Positions 1-13,689 of a stretch of 64,000 bases of DNA are shown here, piece by piece; within the stretch, counting starts at the first letter, position 1; the number at the start of each line of letters is the position of its first letter. Source of the stretch: Octopus vulgaris (taxonomy: Eukaryota); the NCBI GenBank assembly GCA_951406725.2, contig OX597814.1, positions 120,714,001-120,778,000 on the forward strand. The letters are read 5' to 3'. The translations under genes and the position numbers were made by a program. The notes below the pieces were generated by a model. It saw only the letters and a list, made by a program, of their open reading frames with translations, had not been told where the DNA came from and did not search any database.

Positions 1-1900
1 TTTTCTTATTGGCAACTTTATACACGTACCCTGTTCTGTTAAGCTTTCATGAGAGAGTATTAGAGGTATGCATAAAATTAGAGGCGCAAGTGAATCACCT
101 TAGAAAATGTAATAGATGATGTTGATCTTATTTGAAGTCAATATTCCATTAGAGTAGAATAATTGGGATTCGTATTCCACAATGACATGTAATGTTTCAA
201 GAAGTATGAAATTACACCAGGAATTTTGAAGATGTCCATCGATTTCAAGATGTATGAATGCGGTATGCTGTGAAAGGTTTACTTTTATAATCAGTCCATG
301 AAGAACTGGGATTTCTGCGTTTGTTATTACAGTCTCAAGGATCATGCGATTAACTGAGTTGATCTTAGCATCCACATGAGCCTCGTCAGCACCCTTTTTG
401 TTCTGTAGGAAAAATAATTTTCTGTTCCATAAATGCATCGTATTTTTCCACGAGGATGTTTTTTAAACATTTTTAAGTTGTAGATACTCCTATTATGGGT
501 TGATTATTTTTGGAACATTGGTTTCATTACCATTCGCTAATCTATCAGGTGTTTCCTTAGGATCTCTCATAATTTCATTGAACAGCTGAAATAAATTTTC
601 GTTTGCGCAGAGGAACGAGGCGAGCCAGAAATCTTTTCATCTTATCTTTATCGGGAGATTTCCATTCGTGAGCCTTCCTGGGTGTCATTCGTGAGTCTGC
701 TATTATAATATCTTCCTATGCTTCATCTTGTAAATTTACGCTGGATTCTTCTGTGCGTCTAATCCAATATGAATTTCCATTGTATGTCTTCTCATCACTA
801 CAAATAATTTTTCAAAGGTTTTCAACTTCTTCCATGAGAGGTGGTGTCTTTAACGGTTATTTTCTCCCTGATTCTAGTAGAATGTTTTCGAATTGGATGT
901 AAACAGCTTATTTTGTTTGTAAAATTTGTTTCTCTATTCAAATATTCGTGTTATGTTACCTTTTGCATGGAATACTCTTTTACTTTTGTTCACTTCAGCG
1001 TTAAATTTCTTGAAAGCGATTCTTCTCTTGATAAGAATCTATATATTTTCTTCTTCCCCTTTCTTTTCGGGATCTTATATCGTTCCCACACATAACTTCA
1101 TTTGGTTTTCCTTGTTTTCTTTGAAGCTTACAGCTGGTTTTAATTACCTTAGTAGATGCGTAAATAACTTCATTTAATTGTAAGATCAGGTTTTAAGTCT
1201 TGTATGAATTTTTTCTTTTGCTACATAGTTGCAACTGTTAATTTGCTTTTTATTTTGGCTAGTATTTAAGAGGTTGTGAAGTGATTCTCTATCAGGTGTA
1301 CTTGTTTGTTCTACTACTACAATCTAAGCTTATTCACAATTTTCTACTTAATTTCTATCATAGAGTCTCTGTGTTCTTCAGCTAATGTTCGGTCTTCAAA
1401 TACTGTTAATTTACCCCTTTCATGGCTATATTTATGAGGTTCGCTACAGCTACTTATTTTTCAGGCGTTTGCGTGATTTGGTCAGATGACAATCTTTCAA
1501 TTCAAGCCCGGGGTGGGCTATTCTCTTCATCTTATTCTTTCTTTCTTTCCTGTCTTACATCCAGGTAATTTTCATTTGAGAATTTGATCGTGATTATTTC
1601 ACTGTTTATGTCAATGGCTGACTTTTAGATCCCGGGCTAGTTCTCTAATACGGGACCCGCTTCGAGATAGGACAAGCAATTTGGTGTACTGTTTTAAATT
1701 TTCCTTTTTTTTCGTGACATTTTTCTACCACATTAATATTGCTAGTATTCAGTCATGTGTGGCTTAAGTAGAAGCGGTTATTAATATCTCTAATCTTTTC
1801 GTCACCTGAGCCATTATTAACGTTACAATTACCACTAGCATACCATTGCAACAGTGGTGTTTGTCGTTGATTTCCGCCGTCTCTGTCCTTGCGGCCAACT
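1..1900 (-). mobile_element. Degenerate R4/Dong-clade non-LTR retrotransposon (N-terminal region plus RT), running off the window start
   Basis: Minus strand reads FPTEQKGC*RGSCGC*DQL (~355-415) and IF*GDSLAPLILCIPLI (~55-110), followed by NRTGYVYKV. These match R4/Dong RT motifs EQKGCRRGSRGCKDQL and IFQGDSLSPLLFC. Many stops and frameshifts; the 5' limit is uncertain. Confidence 0.8.
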
Positions 1901-2654
1901 TTTGTGTTTATGACAGCAGTGTAACCTTAACTACCGTAGTTATGAGCGCTGCCGGGGACATGCAGAATTAAACTGAGCCTCCCTGCTTTGCTTTTCCCAG
2001 TGTGCGGTATTAATAAGTGCGGCTTATCTTCGACATTAGCCTTGTATTTGAGATAGTGCTAAATGAATGATGACTGGAGGATAATAGTAGGAAGAGCCAC
2101 AGTTTGGAAGTCAGAGCCGCATATAACTAGTCTATAATTAGGTTCGGCCGCTGTTGACAAATGGATCAACAAAAGAGCAGTCGCTCACCCATGCGATGAG
2201 TGGTGGTCATATATGTGTCTGCTAACACAGTGATCACTGAGAGCGATGGGAGACCTTGCAGGTACCAACTCACCTTCTTGGGTTTAATTACTAATAAAAA
2301 AACAACACACACACACATACATATATATATAGAGAGAGAAGCAAGTGTGGCGATAAACAAATTAGACTGATTAAAATATGAAGTATATTAAATACATAAA
2401 ATACAAAAAATGTATCTATGTATACATATCAAAATGTCCACCTTACACGGAGTACAAATGATATAGAAAATTCAAGGAGCCGAAGAAAAGTGTTACAACA
2501 GAAACAGGTGTAGGATTTGTAATAACTTTCTTCCTGCTGTATAATTTTCTGTCTAAATTGTACTCTGTGTAAGTTTGACCATTTATTTGTATACATCTGC
2601 TTCAACCCAATCCTTGCAAATGATCGATCACTTTCCAACCTTTCTTCTGGACAA

Positions 2655-2850
2655 GTAGAATATACAGATGCACATATGTAGAGATGCACATATTGTCAGT
2701 CACTAATGGGAATGCTCAACTGGTTATAGGGAAACAACTGACAAACAACTCGGTGGTATTGAGCAGAATATTAGCTGTAGTCAATCATGATAACATTTCC
2801 TTTCAGTTGAGGTTGGAAGTCATGAGAGTTAATTGCTGTTAGGGGCATTA
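2655..2850 (-). repeat. Partial copy of non-coding repeat family F
   Basis: Reverse complement matches 11305-11490 (ctctcatg..aactga..gttatcatg..ctacagc..attctgctcaataccac..ttgtcagttgttt..cagttgagca..tgcatctct). Confidence 0.75.
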
Positions 2851-4000
2851 TTATTTAAGACGTCGCGCAGTATATCTTGTTGTTGATTGAAGATATTGTG
2901 TTTACCGTAGGTTTCTACTGTCTGTCAAGTAACAACAAGGAACTCAGAGAGACGATACCATACGCAATATACTTGCAGTTTCAAATAATGCCGATTTTTG
3001 CATTACACCTAGATTGTAAAGCATTTCTAAAGTTACCAGATGTGTCTTCAGCTTGGGTGGTACTGAATCCAATTTTCCGATGACAATAGGGATTACCTTT
3101 AATTTTGACACTCATAGCTGCCACGTCTTGGCGATCTCAATTCTCATGTTTCCTTATTTATCAGTTTGTTCTCTTTCTTTCATGATAATACGTTGATCTT
3201 CTGGCTCGGCCACGTAGATTATTAGGCACTCTTGTTTATCCTTCTGAAAGGTTACTATACCACCTTGTCTGTCAGGAAATCAAAGCCTTAGAGGACTTTT
3301 GCCTTCCCCTTCTCGTCCATTCACATTTCCGGCGTATGTTGGTACCAAGCACCCATTATTTTGTGAATGTAGCACCCATTACCTCGTGAATTGCCGCATA
3401 GTCTACCTTGTCGTATTTGCGCTCGTACTCTTTCTGCACAAGATTTTCAAAAGTAGTAACAATGTGAATCACGCTTTCGACCCACTTTCCAAACATTCTG
3501 CAGAGGTCCGATGCACTTGTGTAGTATATATCTTCTTTTCACTTAGTTGGTATCCAATGCTCGATGCTGGGCGGTGATGATTAGGCTTTCATTATTTTCT
3601 TTTAGATGACTCTTGCTGAGCCACCTCCATTTTGTTTCCTCATCTTTTACGTTGTTAGTTCCACAATAGAACTGATCATATAATTCCATGCGAAATAGAA
3701 TTTCTTGTCTTCCGTTGGCTATATGTGATCGGAATTCATTAGCACTCTCATGTCTATTTTTGTTAAATCCTTCTGCATTAGCAGCATACTGTAGCGAGTC
3801 TTGTTTACTGTTTACCAAATATTATGTCATGTTCCTTCTTTCACTGTTCATGTACTCCCGTAGGCTAATCAACCCACACCCACCTTCACACGTTTTCCTG
3901 TAGAGCGTGTGTACGTTCTCCTTGGGATGGAGGGCACCATGGATTATTATTCTCTTCCGGGTAGTGCGATAGATTTCGTTAATCTCCATTTCAGTAAAAT
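2848..4000 (-). mobile_element. R4/Dong LINE 3' fragment (post-RT region, zinc knuckle, restriction-like endonuclease, short 3' UTR, TAA tail)
   Basis: Minus-strand translation gives HGALHPKENVHTLYRKTCEGGCGLISL, a degenerate CCHC/RHD region, and KQECLIIYVAEPEDQRIIMKEREQTDK..IEIAKTWQL..LKVIPIVIG..QKSALFETASILR. Confidence 0.88.
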
Positions 4001-4004
4001 CTCG

Positions 4005-4126
4005 AGCAAATTGCGCAGAAAGAGTACAAGCGCAGACAGGACAAGTTAACACACAACCTTCACTGGCTACTATGCCGGAAGTATGGATGCGCAGTAACGG
4101 ATACTTGGTACCAACATACATCCGAA
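4005..4126 (+). mobile_element. Short inverted R4/Dong fragment (RHD/HW..C region)
   Basis: Plus strand reads KEYKRRQDKLTHNLHWLLCRKYGCAVTDTWYQHTSE; homologous in opposite orientation to ~3330-3445. Confidence 0.85.
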
Positions 4127-4539
4127 AAATTTTTGTTATATTCTAGTTTGTCCGACAAGTCTTAAATTACTTTGGTGTATTATAAATAAAGGAATACGAT
4201 GGATAACTTGAGCTCATTAGAGCTGTTTCTTACGTAAATTTTTAATAGAAGAATGGGAACATTACATCATTATAAAAAACGTAATCATCGGACAAGAAGT
4301 AATTTTACTAAACAAAAGAATACAGCGGGGAGGTATCTGTCGAGGCCAACTATGAAACGGGAGAATGACCAACTATGTTGGCAGTGTAGATTAAGAATGT
4401 AGTTCTTGAAAGTGTTGAATGACCCGGTTGAGAAAGAGTCTGTTAGATTAGATCAAGGGTGGACTGGAGTGGGTTGTAGGAGATGATTTATTATAGTAGG
4501 TTACGAATTGTGATAAGTAATTTTCATTTGTTTATATAT

Positions 4540-6950
4540 ATGGAGAAAATATCGCCATATGAACAAAATATAACCTCATTGACAAAAAGCGTAAGAAAGA
4601 ATTCCTTCTAAAATAATGATAAATCATATTCATAAAATAAACATCGAAATAAAGCATACATTACATTATGAAAATATAAAAAGTACAATGAATATAATAA
4701 CAACGCTTAAAGCTTCCATCTATTAAATATAGATAAATCTTAGCATTATTTGAAACCACCAATGTCTTCTAACAGCATCGCTTTATGCAAAACTAGTTAA
4801 AAAATACTGTAGTAATAAGAACATAACGGAAATATAAGCATATCAGGTTATTTATAGGGTAAAAGTAGGCAGACTATCTGTGATTCAGAACAGAGCGGAG
4901 CAGATAAACATCAGAGGCAAAACATAATAATAACGCTTGAATCTTCCATGATAATTATGAAAGACTTTGCCATCAAAATGAAAGCCACTAGCAACTGGAC
5001 GATCCAGTAATTTAATAACGTCGTCAATGCATGTTTATATATCCAAAACGTGTATCTCAATCTATAGCAACAGCATTCTGCAAACTACTAAAGAACAGAG
5101 ATTGAACAACTGACCCGTTACTAGTGGAGAAAATAACAGTGATTCACCAAAACACAGACAGTAAATAAAACAGTTATAATCCGTGTGCAAATATTATGGA
5201 AATATCTAGCATTCATTCACTAGAACATCGTAGCTGCATATTTGTGAAATAATAACACCTTGCCAGCGGTGTAGAATGTATATCCGAAAGGCATGTATAG
5301 ATGTAAAGAATTGCTATTGGTAAGCCGAGCCTTTATAGAAAGATCCAAAAGAGAAACTAATGTCTAAGAATGACATGCATTATTATGATATTTGTAGAAA
5401 GCAAAGTGCAGGTGGAGATCAGCATAGATATCTGAATATATTACGGAGATCTGTAATAAACAAATAATATATCAGAAATATATTTGGTTGGGTTTTATGA
5501 ATATTTGATAGAATATTTATTCATTTATCATACTAGGCCCATCTGTATTTTGCCAGTAAAATCTTCATTCATCATTTGCACAACTTCTGTATAAGTTTTT
5601 ATTTCCTTTATTTAGTATACGACATTGTGTTGTGACTTGTACTATGATGGTCAAAAACAATTTACTCGTTTAATGGATATTATAAAAATAACGTTGTAGA
5701 AGAACCAATAAAATATAATAAGGAGGCAGAGAAAATAATTAAATACGTAAAGTGACAATATGACAACAAATTTAGTTGTGTTCCTCGCCGTAGAAATAAT
5801 ATATTCTTACCACATAGATTACGCTACAACACAGAATAAAGCAAATAACAGAATAATATACCAGATACAATTTATAGGACGCAAGAGCTAACAAGAGTAC
5901 ACTACAAACGTTAGAACACTAGTGTGACATTAGAGAATATATTAACAATTACAAAAAACAATAATGAAATAGCAGCTGAACATCACTTACCACTAAATAT
6001 ACTTCGAAGTGAATCATACAGGTGACTTGGTTTGCCGAGTGAAATTCTGTTAGAAACAGTGTGTTTCTCAGAGAAGGACACCAAATTCAATACAAATAGA
6101 AAAAAAAAATTAAAGAATATCCAAACAACACAAAAATAAAAGAACACATATATCACAACATTTAAAAAACGATCAGCCGTATATCTCTTGTCAGTGATAT
6201 GGTCAAAAACAGGCGTCTCGTATAATGATGGAACAAGAGGAAAATATTGAGGGATCGAACGCAAACCTTATCGTACATGAAAACTTACAGAAATGCTTCT
6301 ACCAAAATATACTATGTAGGTATATTTTGAATAGCGGGTATAACTGAATTATAGAATCTATTGTCTTTAAACGCATGGTAACTAATTGATCCCCAATACC
6401 AAGGGAAAACACGGTGTAAAAGTATAGATTAACAACAGAAGAAATTCGAGCGCACCAAGTCAAAGACCCCAGCAGGACAAGAACGCATAAGTGATAAAGA
6501 TATGGAAGTTAAAGACAAATGTTATTACCAGCATGCCGGTCAGACCACAAAAATATTTAGTAATGGAAGCAATACTGGTATCGAGAAAGTACTTAACCGG
6601 AACACACGAAACAGTATCAACAACCTTCAATCGAATTATTAAGTAATGAGTATGAACATGTAGTGTTTACGAAAGAAGGAAACGATATTTATCCCGTAAC
6701 AAAATCCTCGGCGGCTCAAAAAGAATACAATCGATAACCGTTTAGCAACAATATAAGGAACCCTGATATCTATTCACTCCAACAGACATGCTGCTCATTT
6801 AAAGAATAATGCTATTTTGTCAGGCAACAAAAATATAGCATAAGGATGTTAGTAAATGTATTGAATAGCGATCGGTAATCTGTGAACTCATTATAGTTAA
6901 ACAAAGGTCGAATAGAAACCGAATAACAGTATAGATTTATTACTGCTAAT
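4540..6950 (+). mobile_element. Highly degraded R4/Dong-type LINE RT region
   Basis: Collinear remnants: IKMKATSNW (~4975), NTLPAV*NVYPKGMYRCKELLLVSRAFIE (~5255-5340, cf. LPEEQKGCRKGSYGCKEQLLINK), LMDIIK (~5670, cf. YMDDIK), QHAGQ (~6530, cf. LHGQ). Boundaries approximate. Confidence 0.6.
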
Positions 6951-7699
6951 ACTTCGATAACCAACGACAGTTTTGGATATTTGAGATAGTGCACATGAAA
7001 CAAAGCAATCCTAATATTAATAGAGTATATGAGCCATGCTATATAGCAGTAGAAAGGATCAATTCTAAAACCACGAGCAATTAGCAGATAAAGAGAATAT
7101 TTAAATAAACAGTCCTATCATAGAAGAAAAGGAAGTTTATAGTTTAACACTATATCTTCGAAACTTCTCTCAATAATCTTGATTCAGCTCACTAACTTAC
7201 AGAATTAAATCCTATAGAGTGTATGTAAGTTATCTTCATTCCAGAGATAATTTCAAAATAAATATATAGAAGATACAATAGTTCGTGGAGAACATAGTGG
7301 AATCGGGATTCAGCAATGATAATAAAATGAATAATTTATTAGAGACATGTTCCAAAACTACTTGTTTAAAGCAAAAATGATTCATGCAAGATATAATAAA
7401 ACGTAATAGTATTTCCCGACTCAAAACATAGCACCAGATCATAGACATCGAAATATATATTTAGTGGTAAATAAGGTACGTTAGAATGTAAAATTTGAAT
7501 TCGGAAATATCACAGATTAATTTCTAAAACGGGCCATAGTACATGCATAAGATGATAAGAATAAATATAGCAGGTATAACAGTCATAAAGTACCGATCTA
7601 CTATAATAAATTGCAAGTTAAGTGAACTGAAGTTGTTAGATGAGAAATACGAGGGAAAAAATAAAAGAAATGCTAAGTTCATTTTCATAGCATCTTTCC

Positions 7700-8460
7700 A
7701 AAGCTAATATCAATGTAATATACTTACCGAATCACTCAAGAAGAAAGGCGACATGATAGAAATAGTGAGCTATTATAAAGTAATCACATTGTATCTAAAG
7801 GGTACTTACAAGAGAGTAATGGTAAAATTACGTAGCATAATAAAGAAACAGAGAAACAGCTGGAATATTCCCTTCCACATATATAGAAACAATTAAGAGT
7901 TAAGTTTGCAGATAAAAAAAAAAATATATATGGATTAGAATAAATAAGTAAAAGCAAAGCAAAACCAAACACAAAAAGATCTCCAAAAGGAATAAGAGAA
8001 CAGATAAAGGCATAAAGGTAATAACTTCCGTTGTTATCTTTCACATCTGGACAGAATAAATGTGAGAAAATATATAAACCTAAAACAACGCCAAGAGGCA
8101 ATAATACGGGAATTCGTAAAAACGCACACATTAACTGGTATATATTCGAGACCAACATATGTGAATATGGCAAATGTACATAACATTGACAGTTTCGTCT
8201 GCCGTTGTTAATTTTGATGCGAAAATCAAAATAAATCATGGAGATTTCAAACTCCAAGAGAGAAACGACAACGTGCTCTTCATGATTATATATCATCAGA
8301 ATACTTACCTTTTAAATCACGGAAAACACGTTCAGCTTTAGGAAGTTACACTACCGATAATAATCGTTGGCCTTGGGAACAGGCATGCGAAATCAATTAA
8401 ATACCAAATTATAACGTAACTTAACATAGTGGAGGTCAGTCAACGTAATTGAACCAATGA
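7700..8460 (+). mobile_element. Degraded Penelope-like element RT fragment
   Basis: KKGDMIEIV (cf. ADKGG.IVIM), a degenerate FDV motif near 8200-8220, and ITENTFSFRKLHYR**SLALGTGMR (cf. NTFSF..YYRQ..GTAMGTKMAP) at ~8315-8390. Confidence 0.55.
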
Positions 8461-8512
8461 CCTAAAATACTATTCTTGATCCTCTAAATACAACTCGTCG
8501 TTTATTGTCATA

Positions 8513-8727
8513 GTACCTATTTCATTATTACCCACAAGGGGCTAAACATAGAGGGGACAAACAAGGACAGACAAAGGGATTAAGTCAATTGCATCGACCC
8601 CAGTGCGTAACTGGTACTTAATTTATCGACCTCGAAAGGATGAAATTTGAACTCAGAACGTAGCGACAGACGAAATACTGCTAAACATTTCGCCCGGCGT
8701 GCTAACGTTTCTGCCAGCTCGCTGCCT
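8513..8727 (-). mobile_element. tRNA-derived SINE, family A (Meta-SINE-like core)
   Basis: Head ggcagcgagctggcagaaacg, B box gagttcaaat, core catcctttcg.ggtcgataaattaagtaccag; 12-bp TSD tttattgtcata at 8501-8512 and 8728-8739. Confidence 0.9.
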
Positions 8728-9197
8728 TTTATTGTCATAATCCATCACCTCCATTTGAAGTTTTAAAAATATCTAGTGTAAAACAACAATAGTTGATCTC
8801 TTGTATGGCACGTAAGATTTGATATAAAAAGTTTAGCACTTATTCACTACTACACACTAGAGTCCCAAGTACGTCGAGAAAAATATTTTTACAGGCAATA
8901 TTTTTGCAACTGTTTCTTTCTCAAACGATTGATTTTTTGTTATTTTACTTAGACTTAATTTGATTATATTATATTATTTTATTTCAAAGACACGTAACAG
9001 AATTTACAATGTCATTAAAATCGGTGTCACCTTACCAACTGATAGAAATATGATATAGCTGGCAATTTCCACCAAAGAGAAACTAACAGAAAAAACACAT
9101 TAGTATACGATAAAATATTTTACAATACAAAGAGCAATCAATTGTGTACAATTCTAGAAGGTTTTCTGAAATATGTGAACATAATTGAAATTTCACT

Positions 9198-9266
<69 letters not shown>

Positions 9267-9687
9267 ACATATATATTAGACAGATAGAGAGATAGATAGA
9301 TAAGTAGACACAAGTATTTAGATATGGAAATGCGTACACATACGTTCAGTCTGTATTGTCATTCAATAATCTTTAACACCGCCTTTACTGAATTTATTGA
9401 TTTCTAATTTGAACAAGAGAAATGACATTTCTATTAGTGCAGATATAACATCGACAAAAGCGATTCGATTATCTATCTACTATTTATTATATCATCTGCG
9501 TAGAAACAAAAGCTAATGTTGACCTTCTAGATTTCCAACCACAAATAAGAACACAAAAGCGGACGCTATTATTCTCGCAGCTTCCTATAGATATACACCT
9601 GACATTATAACCGAACAAATCAACGCCCGCAGATCTACGTCTCCGTCTCTTCTAACTCTAAACACCGTGCGTGTCATGGATTGATTG

Positions 9688-9737
<50 letters not shown>

Positions 9738-9816
9738 TATATATCTGTAAATATAATATGACAATTATTCGGTAACCATGACATCGAGGTCTCTTTCATT
9801 CTTTTGTTGTCTTACC

Positions 9817-9858
<42 letters not shown>

Positions 9859-9859
9859 T

Positions 9860-11292
9860 AGTCTTCGTAAAGATGTAACATACTTATTGCTGAGTCTATG
9901 GAAAACCTAATGCTATTTGCTAAGACTGAGAAATAAATTGAGAGTTTGACGACAACTGTACAGATGATTAGCAAAGATAATGACATGGAATTCGGGATCG
10001 AGAAATGTGGTGTAATAAATTTCAAAACGAGGAAAATCGGTAAAAGCCAAGTGATCAAACTGGAAAGTCGTAAAACTATAAAGGAAATCAGAGATGCAGG
10101 ATATATGTATCTGTTGCTTCGATGAGATGTGGGGCAAGAATAATATCTTGGAAGAAGCATGAATTACAAGAGACAGACCGGAGAAAATGTAAATTAATGA
10201 CAATGAACAAGAGACTACTTTTCAAGTGTGATGTGTCAGGATTGTATGTAAAGAGAAGGGAGGGAGGATGGGGATAAGTGTGTTGTAAGTGTATTGTTTA
10301 AGGGAAGAGTAGAGCCTGGTTTTATATGTCAAGGAGAGTAAAGAAGAAATTTATGAAGCAGTGAGGATGCAGGGAAACTTAAAGGTGAACGAAGCCGTAG
10401 ATCCAATATCATTTAAGAAAGACCAGAGAGACCAGACGAAGAAAATTTGGCAGGGCAAGAAAATGCACAGTCAGTTCTTGAAGAATAAATATGAGATTGA
10501 TTGAAATAGAACCTGGTAATGGCCGCAGAAAGGAAACTCAAAAGGGTCCACTGAGGCATTAGTGTGCAGAACCCAAGAACAAGCTCAAAGACCAAACTAC
10601 TCCAACTATTACATTGATAAAAGCACTGACTCACCGCAGAGTAAGATGAGCTCTGAGAAGGGAGAAATTATAATCCACATTGCTAGTTTTTGCTGTAAGC
10701 TCGCACGACGCCAATCACAAATGGAGACACGACAATGCGGCCACATATGTCCACTGCAAACCTCGAGAGAGCCGAACAATGGCATGAACACAAGTCAGAT
10801 GGAGTAATTGAAAACCAAAATTACAAAATACTCTGGTATTTTAACATGCAGTGCAACAAAGTAATAGAGGCGAGGGGACCAGATATCTTACTCATCCATA
10901 AAAGTGAAAAAGAAGTAAAGATAACAGATGTTGCAATATCAGGCGATTCGAGGCTGAAACTTAAGGGCAGGGAAAAAACTGAGAAATACCAACTACTGCT
11001 AGACGAAATAGGAAAGTTATGGGGCACAAGGAAAGTAATGGTGATACCGGTGATAGCTGGAGCATTAGGGACAATTCCCAAGGGCTTTGAAAAACATTTT
11101 AAGAATACTGGAGCTGCTATTAGGCTCGAGGTGAACCAGAAGACAGCATTGTTGGGTACAGCTCGCATGCTTGAGTCAGAGGAGAAGGCACTACTTGAAA
11201 CATTTGGTGACTTGTTATTGTCTGCTTTCAAGTAATGAATAACCAGGAATTAAGAAATATCCGACAGGCTTTAATAATAAAAATAATAACAA
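9860..11292 (+). mobile_element. 5'-truncated R4/Dong LINE (RT C-terminus to restriction-like endonuclease, 3' UTR, TAA tail)
   Basis: MENLMLFAKTEK..ISKDNDMEFGIEKCGV; the ORF at 10735-11235 contains ENQNYKILWYFNMQCNKVIEARGPDILLIHK..ITDVAISGD..EKYQLL..VIPVIAGALG (PD-(D/E)xK endonuclease). Ends in taataataaaaataataac. Confidence 0.92.
10735..11235 (+). pseudogene. Restriction-like endonuclease domain remnant of the R4/Dong ORF
   Basis: 166-aa ORF with R4/Dong endonuclease motifs in its downstream part; upstream frames are broken by stops and frameshifts. Confidence 0.85.
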
Positions 11293-11853
11293 TGTACTAG
11301 TCAGTGGCTCTCATGGATTCTGGTCTTAACTGAATGGAAGTGTTATCATGTACGTTACTTTGTCTTGGTGCAAAAGATGGGCTACAGCAAAGATTCTGTT
11401 CAATACCACAGATTTCCTTGTCAGTTGTTTCACCTTAAGCAGTTGAGCACGCACGTCCTTTGGTGGCAGGCAATAGGAGCATCTCTGATAACGACCAGAA
11501 GTAGTTTATAGGGGCATCATGTGTTGACGATAATTCTTTGGAGTTTGCATAATTCAACTCTGAAAACATAGGTGTTTCATTGAGCATCCATAAACAACAC
11601 TCATTCAAGGACCAATGGAGTGGGATGTGCTGCGCGACCGGAATAAAATTCTAACTGGGCCCCACCTACAAGGTCATGTGCTGTTTATCTTGATATGAGT
11701 TAACCATGCCGCGCACATATGGTTGTGATGCATGTGCCTGCTGTAATTTTATCAGACGGGTAATCGTGATGGGTGTACTAGGCTTCGTATATTTTACCCC
11801 AACGTCACTTTGAATGCATGAACTGCTCTCTGGTTCAATAATAACAATAATAA
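11293..11853 (+). repeat. Non-coding interspersed repeat family F (~550 bp), flanked by (TAA)n-like runs
   Basis: Partial homologues at 2655-2850 (-) and 48200-48350 (+). No ORF and no obvious tRNA head; ends caataataacaataataat. Confidence 0.7.
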
Positions 11854-13689
11854 TCTATATGTAATTCTACGTTTATCATATATAAGTGTTTACGGATATA
11901 TAGATGCATATATATATGTAAAATAGCCAGGAAGACACATACTTATAAATACATATATGCACACACATATGCATATATACACATAAATACATACATATAT
12001 ACATACATATACACAAACATATATACAATTTAATTGTTAAACATGAATATTATACACGCCTTCTTTGTCTGGTCAACAGTACAATTTTAAGACACACTGT
12101 AGCCACTTCAAGTATTTTTTAAAGGTAAATACTCTGCGCCTCTTTGTAAATACTTTGAGCGCAGTATAAAATGTTATACCTTTATATTCAGAAATAGCTG
12201 CAGTTTGCTGCGTATACATTTACATTGCAAGGTTGAGTGAATTTTTATGAACACAGTCACTCTTTGATCTTTTAAAGTAGCAGCCCACGTACTAAAGTGT
12301 CTTGGGAATATTTATCTTACTGCTGGAGTCGTTTATGTCACCCTTTATACCAAAATAAAAGATGTTGTTCACACTTAAATACACTTTCATGTTGAATGCA
12401 CGCATCAATGATTGCAATGCCATTCTGTTATGAGCAGTGAGAACGAACAATAAGATAGCCACAGAATCCATTTTCACATTTTTAAAAGTCTCTTGTAATA
12501 TTCTGTTGCATAATACTAGTTGTTTGTACAGTGAATCATCTTTACTGAATCTAACATTTTAACACTACTAAACCAAATGTCAGGGTATGTATTCTAGTTT
12601 TGATAATAACATTACAATAGATGTGTTTATTATATTTGCTTATAATTATATAACGTATTAATGGACGCTGTGTTTTATCAGATTTAATTGTTAGCAAGAC
12701 CATGCAACATTTTACTAAACTGGTTTATCAATATATTAAACGTCAGTTGCAAAATCACGTGTGAAGTTTATTAGCAATAAAATTGTCATAAGCAATTTCT
12801 GTAAATATTCTCTTGATAATAGTTTCATACTTCGAGTGGTTTCAAGGAAGCTTGTTAATACTATAATGGTTCATCCAGGATAACATGCAATACACACAGC
12901 GAGCGAAGAATATACATTTTCAAAGCAATTCTATGCATCGCAAAATCCCAAAAGTGATGCAAGAAGTTGACGATAGCTCCAGTTTCATCTTATTTCAATT
13001 TAAATATAAATATATCATTTAAAAACAAAATTATTTGCAAGTTATTATATATTGCCAATTTTTTTAATGTTGTAATAGTAGCCTCACGGCTGCCTTATTA
13101 GGTATCCCTATAATATATGATTTTACAGTCATAACTGACAATCTGTTTCGGGCAATTTCAACTAAGAGAACATAACCGAGTATATACTTCTAGATTTAAG
13201 GTGAATATGTGTAATATTAGGTAGGTTAGGATTTATCATGCATTTTCATAGAGCCTCGATTTTGGCATGAATGCATGATAGCTTCATGGTGATGAGTGGA
13301 TGAAATGTAATTTAATTATAAATCACTTAAAATGCTGGCTTCTCTTCAAATAACTTTCAACAAAACGTTTTCAAGATTGATTGATATTTGACAAAAGAAA
13401 TTTTTAACAATCATCAGCAATCGATTTTCTTTTATCGCATATATAGAATAACTATTGTGTTCTGACTTTACAAAATTTGACAGTTAAATTCCAGCAAAGG
13501 GTTTGATTAGGAATAAAGAAGATTCTGGTTTACGTTAAATAAGTAAATATTTGAAAGAGCACCGTTAGAACATATATTGTCAGAGGGAAGTTCATCGTAT
13601 TAATCAAATCTCACATTCAAATACAGAAAGAAACAGTAGTTACTTGTGTATAAAATAATAGGTTAGTGGGTGGGTTCAAGTAATAGGAT

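Noticed and set aside
2140-2290. GC-richer segment at the presumed 5' end of the first Dong element, a candidate HDV-like ribozyme
   Set aside because: I could not assemble the nested double pseudoknot by eye; it needs an Infernal or RNArobo search.
7784-8296. 170-aa hydrophobic minus-strand ORF resembling a membrane protein
   Set aside because: It is the antisense of an A-rich decayed Penelope RT; T-rich codons produce spurious hydrophobicity.
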